Assembly: GCA_964443495.1 (NCBI GenBank)
Contig: CAYUCS010000001.1
Location: 405,496 to 469,495, forward strand
From: an uncultured Gammaproteobacteria bacterium
Lineage (GTDB): Bacteria; Patescibacteriota; Patescibacteriia; Patescibacteriales; GWE2-39-37
DNA: 64,000 bases
Direction: 5' to 3'
Positions within the stretch are counted from its first letter, which is position 1; every line of letters begins with the position of its first letter. A program made the position numbers and the translations under genes. A model generated the notes under the pieces. The model made no database searches. It was not told where the DNA came from and saw nothing but the letters and a program-made list of their open reading frames with translations. Shown one piece after another: positions 1 to 8,104 of this stretch.

Positions 1-200
1 TCGGATTGTTTGTGGAAAGCGGCACGACTACGGCGCGCATTTTTCCGTTGAAGCAGAAACGAAGCGTACCTGAACTTATGGAAGGGGAAGAGAAGAACGC
101 TTTTTTGGTCAAAGTTAGCGAATGGTCAACTGCCGATGATGTCTTGAGGCAAAAGATAAGGTCAGGCATCCTGGCTTTAGACAAGCGAACCGAAAAATAG
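1..200 (+). CDS. 3' end of an unidentified CDS entering from upstream of the window
   Basis: Frame is open from the window edge to the TAG at 198-200. No recognisable motif in the visible 64 aa. Confidence 0.25.
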   Translation, partial: GLFVESGTTTARIFPLKQKRSVPELMEGEEKNAFLVKVSEWSTADDVLRQKIRSGILALDKRTEK

Positions 201-244
201 CGCGCCAGTCAGCGGGTTATTTTTAGTTTTTAGGCAAAACGTGC

Positions 245-250
245 TATAAT
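245..250 (+). promoter_or_regulatory. Candidate -10 hexamer (TATAAT) upstream of gap
   Basis: GTGCTATAAT at 241-250, 35 nt upstream of the gap ATG. The same xGxTATAAT form recurs upstream of several operons in this window. Confidence 0.35.
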
Positions 251-284
251 TATGAAACGATTATTAATCATTAGACAATAAATT

Positions 285-1292
285 ATGAATGTCGCCATCA
301 ATGGATTCGGCCGGATCGGCCGCGCCTCTTTCAAGGCTCTGCTTGAAAAAAAGAATATCAAAGTCGTTGCCATTAACGACTTGACCGACACCGAAACTTT
401 GGCTCATCTTTTGAAATATGATTCCTGCTATGGCATTTACGATAGGAAAGTCAGTCACACCAAGGATGCTATCTTGGTCGATGGCGTGCGCTACCCGGTT
501 TATGCCGTGAAGGACCCGACCCAGCTGCCCTGGAAAGCGTTGAAGGTCGATATGGTCATCGAATCCACTGGACGCTTCGTCAAGCAGGAGGAGGCGGGGA
601 TGCACCTGACCGCCGGTGCCAAGAAGGTCGTGATTTCCGCTCCGGCCAAAGGCGGCGACGTCAAGACGATCGTCTTGGGCGTGAATGAAGAGCAGCTGAC
701 CAAAGCTGATACGGTTTTCTCCATGGCTTCTTGCACCACCAACTGCCTAGCGCCGGTCACCTCGGTAATAGAGAAAGAGTTCGGCATCAAGAAGGCGATC
801 ATGACCACAGTCCATTCCTATACCGCCGACCAGAATCTGGTCGATGGGCCGCACAAGGACTTGCGCCGCGCCCGCGCCGCTGCCTTGAATATCGTCCCGA
901 CCTCGACCGGCGCAGCCATCGCCGTAGCCGAAACCATCCCCTCGCTCAAGGGCAACTTCGACGGCGGCGCTATGCGCGTCCCGACCCCGACTGGCTCGCT
1001 CTGCGACGTGGTCTATATCTTGAAGAAGAATGTCGATGCCGATATCGTGAATAAGGCAATCAAGGCCGCGACCAAATCACCGAAGCTCAAGAACGTCCTA
1101 GTGGCGACTGACGAGCCGATCGTCTCATCCGATATCGTCGGCAACCCGGCCAGCTCGATCGTCGACCTGTCCTTGACCAAGGTCCTGGGGGGCGACCTTC
1201 TGAAGATCGTTTCCTGGTACGACAACGAGTGGGGCTATTCCTGCCGCCTGGCCGATGTCTGCGAGATGGTGGGGAAGAAGAAATTAACATAG
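285..1292 (+). CDS. gap: Glyceraldehyde-3-phosphate dehydrogenase
   Basis: 335 aa. N-terminal NGFGRIGR dinucleotide-binding motif, catalytic ASCTTNCLAP motif and WYDNEWGYS near the C-terminus. Confidence 0.95.
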   Translation: MNVAINGFGRIGRASFKALLEKKNIKVVAINDLTDTETLAHLLKYDSCYGIYDRKVSHTKDAILVDGVRYPVYAVKDPTQLPWKALKVDMVIESTGRFVKQEEAGMHLTAGAKKVVISAPAKGGDVKTIVLGVNEEQLTKADTVFSMASCTTNCLAPVTSVIEKEFGIKKAIMTTVHSYTADQNLVDGPHKDLRRARAAALNIVPTSTGAAIAVAETIPSLKGNFDGGAMRVPTPTGSLCDVVYILKKNVDADIVNKAIKAATKSPKLKNVLVATDEPIVSSDIVGNPASSIVDLSLTKVLGGDLLKIVSWYDNEWGYSCRLADVCEMVGKKKLT

Positions 1293-1324
1293 TCCATCAC
1301 TCTGGTTGACGTTAAAATTGAAGC

Positions 1325-1630
1325 ATGGATAAAAATAAGTCACAAACAAAATTGTCACAAGTTGTTATTGCATCAATAATTTCGGCAATAGTTTTTGTTG
1401 CGTTAATGAGATGGTATATTTTATGGTTATTTGATGGGGTTCAGATTTACAGTGCTCTTGTCTTTATTTATCCTCGGGTCTGGGTGCCTCCATTGCTAAT
1501 GTTTATTTCGGTGCCAATTTCATTCGCCTCTATTTTTAAATGCAAGGATGAAACACTTAAAGTATTATCACTTCAATTATTGTTCGTTTCGTTGATGGTG
1601 GCCGGTGTTATTATTTTCAGCCCGTTCTAA
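1325..1630 (+). CDS. Small hypothetical membrane protein (3 predicted TM helices)
   Basis: 101-aa ORF with hydrophobic stretches, lying in a visibly AT-rich islet between gap and the hydrogenase operon. No recognisable motif. Confidence 0.4.
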   Translation: MDKNKSQTKLSQVVIASIISAIVFVALMRWYILWLFDGVQIYSALVFIYPRVWVPPLLMFISVPISFASIFKCKDETLKVLSLQLLFVSLMVAGVIIFSPF

Positions 1631-1652
1631 ATATATTAATTTTTGCATAGTA

Positions 1653-2705
1653 ATGGTAAGTATTATAGAAAAAATAAGAATAGCGAAATTGGTCGGACGG
1701 GGCGGCGCTGGGTTTCCAGTGGCTGATAAGTGGCAGATGGTATTCGATGCCAAGGGCGAGAAGAAATATGTGGTTTGCAATTGCTCTGAAGGTGAGCCTG
1801 GCCCGAAAAAGGATGGCTGGCTCATCTGGCATTACCCGGATCGGATCATCGACGGCATGCGTTTGGCGATCGAGTTTCTCGGGGCCGAGAAAGGTGTTTT
1901 TTATTTGAATCAGGAATACTACAAGAAGTATAAGAAGATATTGGAAGATGCGATTGCGGATAGCCGGGCGCCGATCGAGCTTTTTGCCAAGCCGCACGTA
2001 GCGGGCTATATCGGCGGGGAAGAAACCACAGTACTTAATGTCATTGAGGGCAAGCGAGCCGAGCCGCGCCTGCGTCCGCCATTTCCAGTGACTTCCGGAC
2101 TTTGGGACTGTCCGACTTTGGTGAACAATGTCGAAACTTTTTATAATGTCAGCTTGGTGGCGCGTGATGAGTTCAAGAATCTGCGCTATTACACCATCGG
2201 CGGCGACTGCCTGTACGAAGGAGTCTTCGGATTTCCGGCCGATATGAATGTGGGTGAGGTGCTTAAGCAGACTAATAATTATCCGAAGTACGATTTCTTC
2301 GTCCAGGTCGGAGGCGACGGCTCGGGCGAGGTCTGGTCGCAGAAGCAATTGGACAAGCCGGCTATCGGCGCCGGCTCCATCCGAGTCTATAGCCTTTCCA
2401 AATACAAGCCCAACGACCTTCTCAGGCAGTGGGTCAAATTTTTCAAGGACGAGTCTTGCGGCCAGTGCACCGCTTGCCGCGAGGGCACCTATCGGCTGGC
2501 AGAAATACTGGAAGAAGAGAAGCCTAATTGGCCGATGGTTGCCGATTTGCTGGCAAACCTGAACGACTCTGCTTTCTGCGGTCTGGGCAGTGCCGTGCCG
2601 ATTCCGGTGACGAGCTATATCAAGAATGTCCTGGCTGCCTATCCGGAGAGTAAGACCAATCTGCCGATGGGAGCCAAGAGGCTGATGACAAGCTGTTTTA
2701 ATTAA
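1653..2705 (+). CDS. NuoF/HoxF-like NAD(P)H-binding FMN/FeS flavoprotein (hydrogenase diaphorase subunit)
   Basis: Motifs: GRGGAGFP, CNCSEGEPGPKKDG, YIGGEETTVLNVIEG, ESCGQCTACREG plus FCGLG (N3-type 4Fe-4S). Start placed at the ATG at 1653 (MVSIIEK); the track start at 1605 would overlap the upstream ORF. Confidence 0.85.
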   Translation: MVSIIEKIRIAKLVGRGGAGFPVADKWQMVFDAKGEKKYVVCNCSEGEPGPKKDGWLIWHYPDRIIDGMRLAIEFLGAEKGVFYLNQEYYKKYKKILEDAIADSRAPIELFAKPHVAGYIGGEETTVLNVIEGKRAEPRLRPPFPVTSGLWDCPTLVNNVETFYNVSLVARDEFKNLRYYTIGGDCLYEGVFGFPADMNVGEVLKQTNNYPKYDFFVQVGGDGSGEVWSQKQLDKPAIGAGSIRVYSLSKYKPNDLLRQWVKFFKDESCGQCTACREGTYRLAEILEEEKPNWPMVADLLANLNDSAFCGLGSAVPIPVTSYIKNVLAAYPESKTNLPMGAKRLMTSCFN

Positions 2706-2714
2706 AATAATCAT

Positions 2715-3554
2715 ATGAGCCCAATTTATCGTCCTAAGACGCATCCTGTCAGGCGAGATGGCAAGCTGAGCGAATTCGAGCAGCTGCTCAAGGAATCGTT
2801 CAGGATTTACAAAGCAAAGTTCAACCTGGTCCTGCCGCTCGCTATCATCCTGATGATCAATTCATTGGTTCTGGCCGGCGCCAATTATTTCGTTTTCCGA
2901 GCGATCGGATTAAGGGCCGGGCTGAGCTCCGCCGCCGCCTTGCTTTTTTGGCTCGTCGTCGTGGCTTTGACCATATATGTATATTCGCTCTGCCAAGCCG
3001 CATTGTTGACAGCGCTCAGAGAGAAGGTTGCGCCGGAAATCAAGAAGCTGTTCAAGCACGCGAGAGTGATCGCGTTAGGTTATGCCAAGCTGTACGTTTA
3101 CGTACGCGCCTTGATCCTGATGTGGATGCTCCCGTTCATCGCCGCCATGGTCGCATTGCTGGCTAGGCATGGCCAGCCGTTCGGCTCTGACGCCGAGATA
3201 GTATCGACCGTTTCTTACGCGCTGCCATTGGCTATCCCGGGGCTCGTCTTCATCCTTCTTTATGCCTTTTCTTCATACGTCTTCGTATATGAAGGGGAGA
3301 CGATCGCTGAGTCGGTCAAGACGAGCAAGCGCATGGTCGGACGGTTTTTCTGGCCGCTCTTGGGCAAGTATTCCTTGCTGCTGCTTTTGAACTTGGCTGT
3401 CTATTACATCATCAATTGGGGAATCGGCTTCTTGCCGGGGGAGGCGGCCAAGCAGCTCTTGTCGCGCCTGTTCGACAGCTTGATCGGACCGGTCTACACG
3501 ATCTTCGGCTACCTATTGTATCAGGAAATCAAGGAAATTAAGACTGAAAAATAA
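2715..3554 (+). CDS. Hypothetical polytopic membrane protein embedded in the hydrogenase operon
   Basis: 279 aa with about 6 hydrophobic segments. Starts 10 nt after the previous stop, and its stop overlaps the next start (TAATG at 3552-3556). Confidence 0.6.
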   Translation: MSPIYRPKTHPVRRDGKLSEFEQLLKESFRIYKAKFNLVLPLAIILMINSLVLAGANYFVFRAIGLRAGLSSAAALLFWLVVVALTIYVYSLCQAALLTALREKVAPEIKKLFKHARVIALGYAKLYVYVRALILMWMLPFIAAMVALLARHGQPFGSDAEIVSTVSYALPLAIPGLVFILLYAFSSYVFVYEGETIAESVKTSKRMVGRFFWPLLGKYSLLLLLNLAVYYIINWGIGFLPGEAAKQLLSRLFDSLIGPVYTIFGYLLYQEIKEIKTEK

Positions 3555-5266
3555 TGCCTGAAAATAAGATCAATATCACGATTGATGGCAAGAAGGTCAG
3601 CTGCCTGCCGGGCCAGACCGTCCTTGAGGCGGCGGCGGCTAACGGCGTGGAAATCCCAAGCCTGTGCGAGCATCCTGATTTTCCGCACAAGGCAAATTGC
3701 CGGGTCTGCGTCGTGGAGGTCAAAGGACGGCGCAATCTCGCTACTTCGTGTTCGACGCCGGTGGCTGAGGGCATGGAAATCCAGACTAACTCTGACCGAG
3801 TCATCCGTTCCCGCAACCTTAATTTGGAGATGATTTTCGCCGAGCATATCGAGAAATGCGCGACCTGCGTCTGGCGTCTCAACTGCAAGCTTCTGGCCTA
3901 CTCGGCCAAGTACAAGATATTGTTGACGACCTTCAAGGATCGCAAGGCAAATCGGCTGACGTACAAGTTCGAGAATGCGGTCGAGCTGGACGGCGCTCAG
4001 TGCATCGATTGCCGCAACTGCGTCGATGCTTGTTCCAAGCTGCAGAAAATTAATTATCTCCAAGTCAAAGGCAAGGGCTCGGACCAGGAAATATGCCCGA
4101 CCGACGACAAGAATGTGGCTTGTATCCTGTGCGGCCAGTGCGCTGTGCATTGTCCGGTCAGTTCAGCTCAAGAGCAATATCATTATCAGGAAGTCCAGAA
4201 GATAATCAAGGAAGGGAAGAAGACGGTCGTCATCCAATTCGCCCCCTCGATCCGCGTTTCGATCGGCGAAGAGTTCAATTTGCCCTACGGCGCGATCGTG
4301 ACCGAGCAGATGGTCGAGGCGATGAAACTGCTGGGCTTCAATTATGTTTTTGATGTGAATTTCGCCGCCGACGTCACGACCATGGTCGAGGCGGGCGAGC
4401 TGATCGAGCGCATCAAGGATGGGGGCGCCATGCCGATGCTGACTTCGTGCTGCCCCGCTTGGGTGCGCTACGTCGAGTATTACCGCCCCGACTTGATTCC
4501 GAACTTGACTACTTCGCGTTCGCCGCAGATACACTTGGGCGGCATCATCAAGACTTTCTGGGCCGAACAGGCCAAGATAGATCCGAAAAATATCGTCGTC
4601 GTATCGGTCATGCCATGCACGGCCAAAAAATATGAAGCCGCCCGCGCTGAACTAAAGATCGGCGGCGACAACCCCGTCGATTACGTCCTGACCACGCGCG
4701 AGCTGGCATTCATGATCAAGACTGCCAATATCGATTTTTCCAAATTGAAAGGCGTCAAAGCCGACGAGCCTTTAGGCGAATACACTGGCGCGGCCGCGCT
4801 GTATGGAGGCTCTGGCGGCGTTATGGAATCGGCCTTGCGCACCGCCCAAGCCGTGATTTGCGGCGAGGACAGTCCGCTGTGCCATGACCGTCTGGAATTC
4901 TTGGACGCGCGCGGCCTCGATGGCATCAAAGAGGCGACGGTCGAGATGGGCCAACGCAAGCTGAGAGTAGCTGTCATCAATGGCATCGGCCATTGGAAGG
5001 ATTTCGAGCCGAGGCTCAAGGAGTTCGATTATATCGAGGTCATGTCGTGCCCGGGCGGCTGCATCGGCGGCGGCGGCGAGCCGATTCCGACGACCGATGC
5101 CATCCGCAAAGCACGAGCCCAGGCCCTGCTCAAGATCGATCGCGATATGCCGGTGCGCGAGGCGCACAAGAACCAAGGCGTCAAGAAAGTCCTGACCTGG
5201 CTCGAGCAGCGAGGCAAAAGCTTCGAGCACGGCGTCCTGCATACGAAATATATAAAAAGAAGATAG
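3554..5266 (+). CDS. hydA: [FeFe]-hydrogenase catalytic subunit with N-terminal 2Fe-2S and multiple 4Fe-4S domains
   Basis: H-cluster signatures TSCCPAW, MPCTAKKYE and EVMSCPGGCIGGGGEP. N-terminal plant-type ferredoxin-like domain, a HIEKCATCVWRLNC (NuoG/HoxU-like) motif, and two CxxCxxCxxxCP motifs. Confidence 0.9.
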   Translation: MPENKINITIDGKKVSCLPGQTVLEAAAANGVEIPSLCEHPDFPHKANCRVCVVEVKGRRNLATSCSTPVAEGMEIQTNSDRVIRSRNLNLEMIFAEHIEKCATCVWRLNCKLLAYSAKYKILLTTFKDRKANRLTYKFENAVELDGAQCIDCRNCVDACSKLQKINYLQVKGKGSDQEICPTDDKNVACILCGQCAVHCPVSSAQEQYHYQEVQKIIKEGKKTVVIQFAPSIRVSIGEEFNLPYGAIVTEQMVEAMKLLGFNYVFDVNFAADVTTMVEAGELIERIKDGGAMPMLTSCCPAWVRYVEYYRPDLIPNLTTSRSPQIHLGGIIKTFWAEQAKIDPKNIVVVSVMPCTAKKYEAARAELKIGGDNPVDYVLTTRELAFMIKTANIDFSKLKGVKADEPLGEYTGAAALYGGSGGVMESALRTAQAVICGEDSPLCHDRLEFLDARGLDGIKEATVEMGQRKLRVAVINGIGHWKDFEPRLKEFDYIEVMSCPGGCIGGGGEPIPTTDAIRKARAQALLKIDRDMPVREAHKNQGVKKVLTWLEQRGKSFEHGVLHTKYIKRR

Positions 5267-5267
5267 T

Positions 5268-5894
5268 ATGGATTATTTAAACGAAGAAGAGCCGGTTGGC
5301 AAGATCGGTGAAGATGAGCTTGAGGCCTTGGCCGAAGAGGAAGAGGCGTCTGGCGACGAGGGCGGAAGGGTCGAAGAGGAGGAGATGGAACGGGTAGATG
5401 CAAAAATCATGGCCTGGTTTCTGGGGTTATCGACAACTGCCATGTCCGTACCCTTGATCGTCCACCTGCAGCCGTTCAGCGGTCCCATCATCAATGCCGT
5501 CCTGATCCTGATACTGTTCATTGTCGGCATCCGCAGCGCTTTGGTCGTCGCTCTCATCCCTAGCCTGGTGGCCTTGGCCGGCGGTTTGCTGCCCGCCATT
5601 TTGGCACCGGCCGTACCGTTCATCATGCTCAGCAATGTGATATTCATAATTACCATCGATTGGTTCTATAATACGATCGTCGATCCGCAAAGGGGATATT
5701 GGACCGGAGTCCTGATCGGCGCTGGTCTGAAGTTCGCTTTCCTGCTAGCCTCGACTAGCGTCGTCTCGGGGTTGCTGCTTAAGCAGGAACTGGCGCCGAA
5801 GGTGGCGCAGATAATGAGCTGGCCGCAGTTCGCCACAGCCGTGGTCGGCGGCGCGATCGCTTGGATGGTCTTAAGATGGCTAAAGAAGATATAA
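5268..5894 (+). CDS. Hypothetical membrane protein with acidic N-terminal tail, embedded in the hydrogenase operon
   Basis: 208 aa with a highly acidic first ~45 aa (EEEPVGKIGEDELEALAEEEEASGDEG...) followed by about 5 TM segments. 1-nt gaps to both neighbouring genes. Confidence 0.6.
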   Translation: MDYLNEEEPVGKIGEDELEALAEEEEASGDEGGRVEEEEMERVDAKIMAWFLGLSTTAMSVPLIVHLQPFSGPIINAVLILILFIVGIRSALVVALIPSLVALAGGLLPAILAPAVPFIMLSNVIFIITIDWFYNTIVDPQRGYWTGVLIGAGLKFAFLLASTSVVSGLLLKQELAPKVAQIMSWPQFATAVVGGAIAWMVLRWLKKI

Positions 5895-5895
5895 T

Positions 5896-6366
5896 ATGGA
5901 TAATCAAAAGAAAAAAGTCGGAGTTTTTTCGATTACTTGCGACGAGGGCTGCAGCATCTATCTGATCGAGATTTTCAACAAGAAGCTGCTTGGGTGGTTG
6001 GAGAAGATGGAAATCAAGTACTTCCTGTCGATGAAGGACAAGGTCGAAATCAAGGATTTTGATATCGTGCTGATCGAAGGCGTCATATCCTCGGAGCGCG
6101 ACTTGCGCGAGGTAATAAAAATCCGCGAGAATACCAAGGTGTTGATCGCTATGGGCACCTGCGCCATGACCGCTTTCCCGTCGGGCCAGCGCAACAACTT
6201 CACTCCGGAGCAGCTTGAACGCATCCAGCCGAAGCTCAAGGAGTTCAGCTATTTGCCCAAGTGTTTGGCCCTGAAGGATGCGGTCAAGGTTGACGACAAC
6301 ATCCCGGGTTGCCCTATTGACGAGAAGAAATTCATCGAGGTATTCGAAAAATGGCTGAACATGTAG
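5896..6366 (+). CDS. [NiFe]-hydrogenase small subunit (group 3-like, NuoB/20-kDa fold)
   Basis: 156 aa. Cysteines sit in SITCDEGCS, MGTCAM and PGCP contexts typical of the proximal 4Fe-4S cluster of short group-3 small subunits. Lies directly upstream of the large subunit. Confidence 0.75.
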   Translation: MDNQKKKVGVFSITCDEGCSIYLIEIFNKKLLGWLEKMEIKYFLSMKDKVEIKDFDIVLIEGVISSERDLREVIKIRENTKVLIAMGTCAMTAFPSGQRNNFTPEQLERIQPKLKEFSYLPKCLALKDAVKVDDNIPGCPIDEKKFIEVFEKWLNM

Positions 6367-6386
6367 CGTGTAACACGTAACATGTA
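6360..6386. repeat. Left arm of ~27-bp imperfect inverted repeat flanking the four-helix-bundle cassette
   Basis: CATGTAGCGTGTAACACGTAACATGTA. It continues into three tandem YGTAACA heptamers (6369-6389) and pairs with the reverse complement of 6746-6772. Confidence 0.75.
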
Positions 6387-6393
6387 ACAATGT

Positions 6394-6738
6394 ATGAATA
6401 CTTATCATGATAAACTAAAGAAAATAATGGATGAATATGCTCATGGTGTTTATCGCGCAACAAAAACTTTTCCGAAAGAGGAGCTATTTGGGATAACTTC
6501 ACAAATTAGAAGATCGTCACTGTCTGTTGTGCTTAATTATGTTGAAGGTTATGCCAGAAGAAAGGGTGATAAGTGTAAGGTATATCAGAATTTTATGGAA
6601 ATTGCATACGGATCATTAAAAGAGTCAAAATATTTGTTGAATTTTTGTTTGGTTGAGGGATATATTAATAAAAATCAATTTGAACAGTTAAATGGTATGG
6701 CAGACCAAATCGGCGCCATGCTTTACAAAATTAATTAA
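6394..6738 (+). CDS. Four-helix-bundle protein (23S rRNA intervening-sequence protein family)
   Basis: 114 aa. The motifs ELFGITSQIRRSSLSVVLNYVEGYARR and AYGSLKESKYLLNF are characteristic of this family. The gene is markedly AT-richer than its flanks. Confidence 0.75.
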   Translation: MNTYHDKLKKIMDEYAHGVYRATKTFPKEELFGITSQIRRSSLSVVLNYVEGYARRKGDKCKVYQNFMEIAYGSLKESKYLLNFCLVEGYINKNQFEQLNGMADQIGAMLYKIN

Positions 6739-6745
6739 ATTTTGC

Positions 6746-6772
6746 TGCATGTTACACGTTACATGCTACATG
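6746..6772. repeat. Right arm of the inverted repeat flanking the four-helix-bundle cassette
   Basis: TGCATGTTACACGTTACATGCTACATG. Its reverse complement, CATGTAGCATGTAACGTGTAACATGCA, matches the left arm at about 24 of 27 positions. Confidence 0.75.
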
Positions 6773-6779
6773 AAATACT

Positions 6780-8075
6780 ATGCATACCTGTGATTTGAAC
6801 GTTAGCATCAACAAGCTTTCCAAGATAGAAGGCCATGCCGACCTGGATGTCGAAATCAAGGACGGCAAGGTGGTAAATGTCGATTTGCGCGTCATGGAGA
6901 ATCTGCGTTTTTTTGAGGAAGCCGTGAAGGGGCAATCGGCTTTGGCCGTGCCGACGCTCGTGTCTCGCATCTGCGGCACTTGCTCGATCGCCCACCTGAC
7001 TGCCTGCACTGAGGCGGTGGAAAAGACTCTGGGCATCAAGATTACGGAGCAGACGCTGGCGCTGCGCAAGCTGACCATGCACAGCCTGATGATCCGTGAC
7101 CATGCATTGCATCTGTATTTTTTCGTGGCGCCGGACCTGTTCGGCGTCGATTCAGCCCTAGACATTCCGGAGGAGCACAAGGAGCTGATCCATCAAGCGT
7201 TGCACATCAAGGAGGCGGGCAACAACCTTTCGACCTTGGTGGCCGGACGTTCGGTGCATGCGACTTACGAGATGGTCGGCGGCTTCAGCCACGTGCCGGA
7301 AAAGGAAAAGATCGCTCCGACCATCGAGGAGCTTCGAAGCATCCGGCCCATGGTCTTGGATCTCTGTGAGATTTTTTACAAATGCGACTGGGTGTTGAAG
7401 CGCAAGACCAATTTTGTCGCCTTGGCTACGGATGATTTCTCCTATCTCGAAGGCAGGATCAAGAGCTCGACCGGGGCCGTAATCGAGGAAAAGGATTATT
7501 GGGACCACTTGCACAAGGTGATCATTCCATATTCGCAGGCTTCGGGCTTCGAGTTCGAAGGCGAGGAATTCATGGTCGGCTCCCTGGCTCGGCTGAATCT
7601 GAACAAGGAGGCGCTCCATGCCGACACCAAGCGCGACGCCGCGAAATACCTGGAACTCTTTCCGTCTGATAATATTTATCACAACAACCTGGCCCAGGCC
7701 ATCGAGATACTGCATTCGATCGACCACTCGATCGAGCTCTTGCAGAAATACGATTTCAAGAAAGAGGAAATCGTCAAGCCGACCGTCATGGACGGCGAAG
7801 GCGTCGGCGTAATCGAAGCGCCTCGCGGGACGCTTTATTACTGGCTCGGAGTCAACGGCGGCAAAGTACGCTATGCCAATCTGATCATCCCGACGGCCCA
7901 GAACCTGGTGAATATGCGCGAAGACGTCCGCCAAGCCGTGATGAATATCTGCGCGATCGGGGGAGAGAAGGCGGAACTCGAAGAGCGTATCAGGAAGGAG
8001 ATGGAAAAGATGATCCGGGCTTACGACCCGTGCATGTCATGCGCTTCGCATTTCTTGAAAATCAATTGGAAATAA
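6780..8075 (+). CDS. [NiFe]-hydrogenase large subunit (group 3-like)
   Basis: 431 aa. N-terminal RICGTCSIAH and C-terminal DPCMSCASH nickel-binding cysteine pairs, with a short tail after the His consistent with endopeptidase processing. Confidence 0.9.
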   Translation: MHTCDLNVSINKLSKIEGHADLDVEIKDGKVVNVDLRVMENLRFFEEAVKGQSALAVPTLVSRICGTCSIAHLTACTEAVEKTLGIKITEQTLALRKLTMHSLMIRDHALHLYFFVAPDLFGVDSALDIPEEHKELIHQALHIKEAGNNLSTLVAGRSVHATYEMVGGFSHVPEKEKIAPTIEELRSIRPMVLDLCEIFYKCDWVLKRKTNFVALATDDFSYLEGRIKSSTGAVIEEKDYWDHLHKVIIPYSQASGFEFEGEEFMVGSLARLNLNKEALHADTKRDAAKYLELFPSDNIYHNNLAQAIEILHSIDHSIELLQKYDFKKEEIVKPTVMDGEGVGVIEAPRGTLYYWLGVNGGKVRYANLIIPTAQNLVNMREDVRQAVMNICAIGGEKAELEERIRKEMEKMIRAYDPCMSCASHFLKINWK

Positions 8076-8076
8076 G

Positions 8077-8104
8077 AAAACGCCCCGCTAGCCGGGGCGT
8101 TTTT
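8077..8104. terminator. Bidirectional rho-independent terminator between the hydrogenase operon and the convergent protease gene
   Basis: AAAA-CGCCCCG-CTAGC-CGGGGCG-TTTTT: a 7-bp GC stem flanked by an A-run and a T-run. Confidence 0.7.

Noticed and set aside
1617-2744. Long antisense ORFs opposite well-supported genes: 1617-2744 (-), 13060-14385 (-), 15455-16399 (-), 34147-35220 (-), 54859-55935 (-), 16679-17428 (+), 7158-7934 (-) and 30359-31111 (-).
   Set aside because: In each case the opposite strand encodes a protein with unmistakable family motifs (NuoF-like, glycosidase-like, RarA, DHDPS-family, [NiFe] large subunit, iPGM). The antisense translations are Arg/Ala/Gly-rich with no motifs, which is typical of shadow ORFs in mid-to-high-GC coding DNA.
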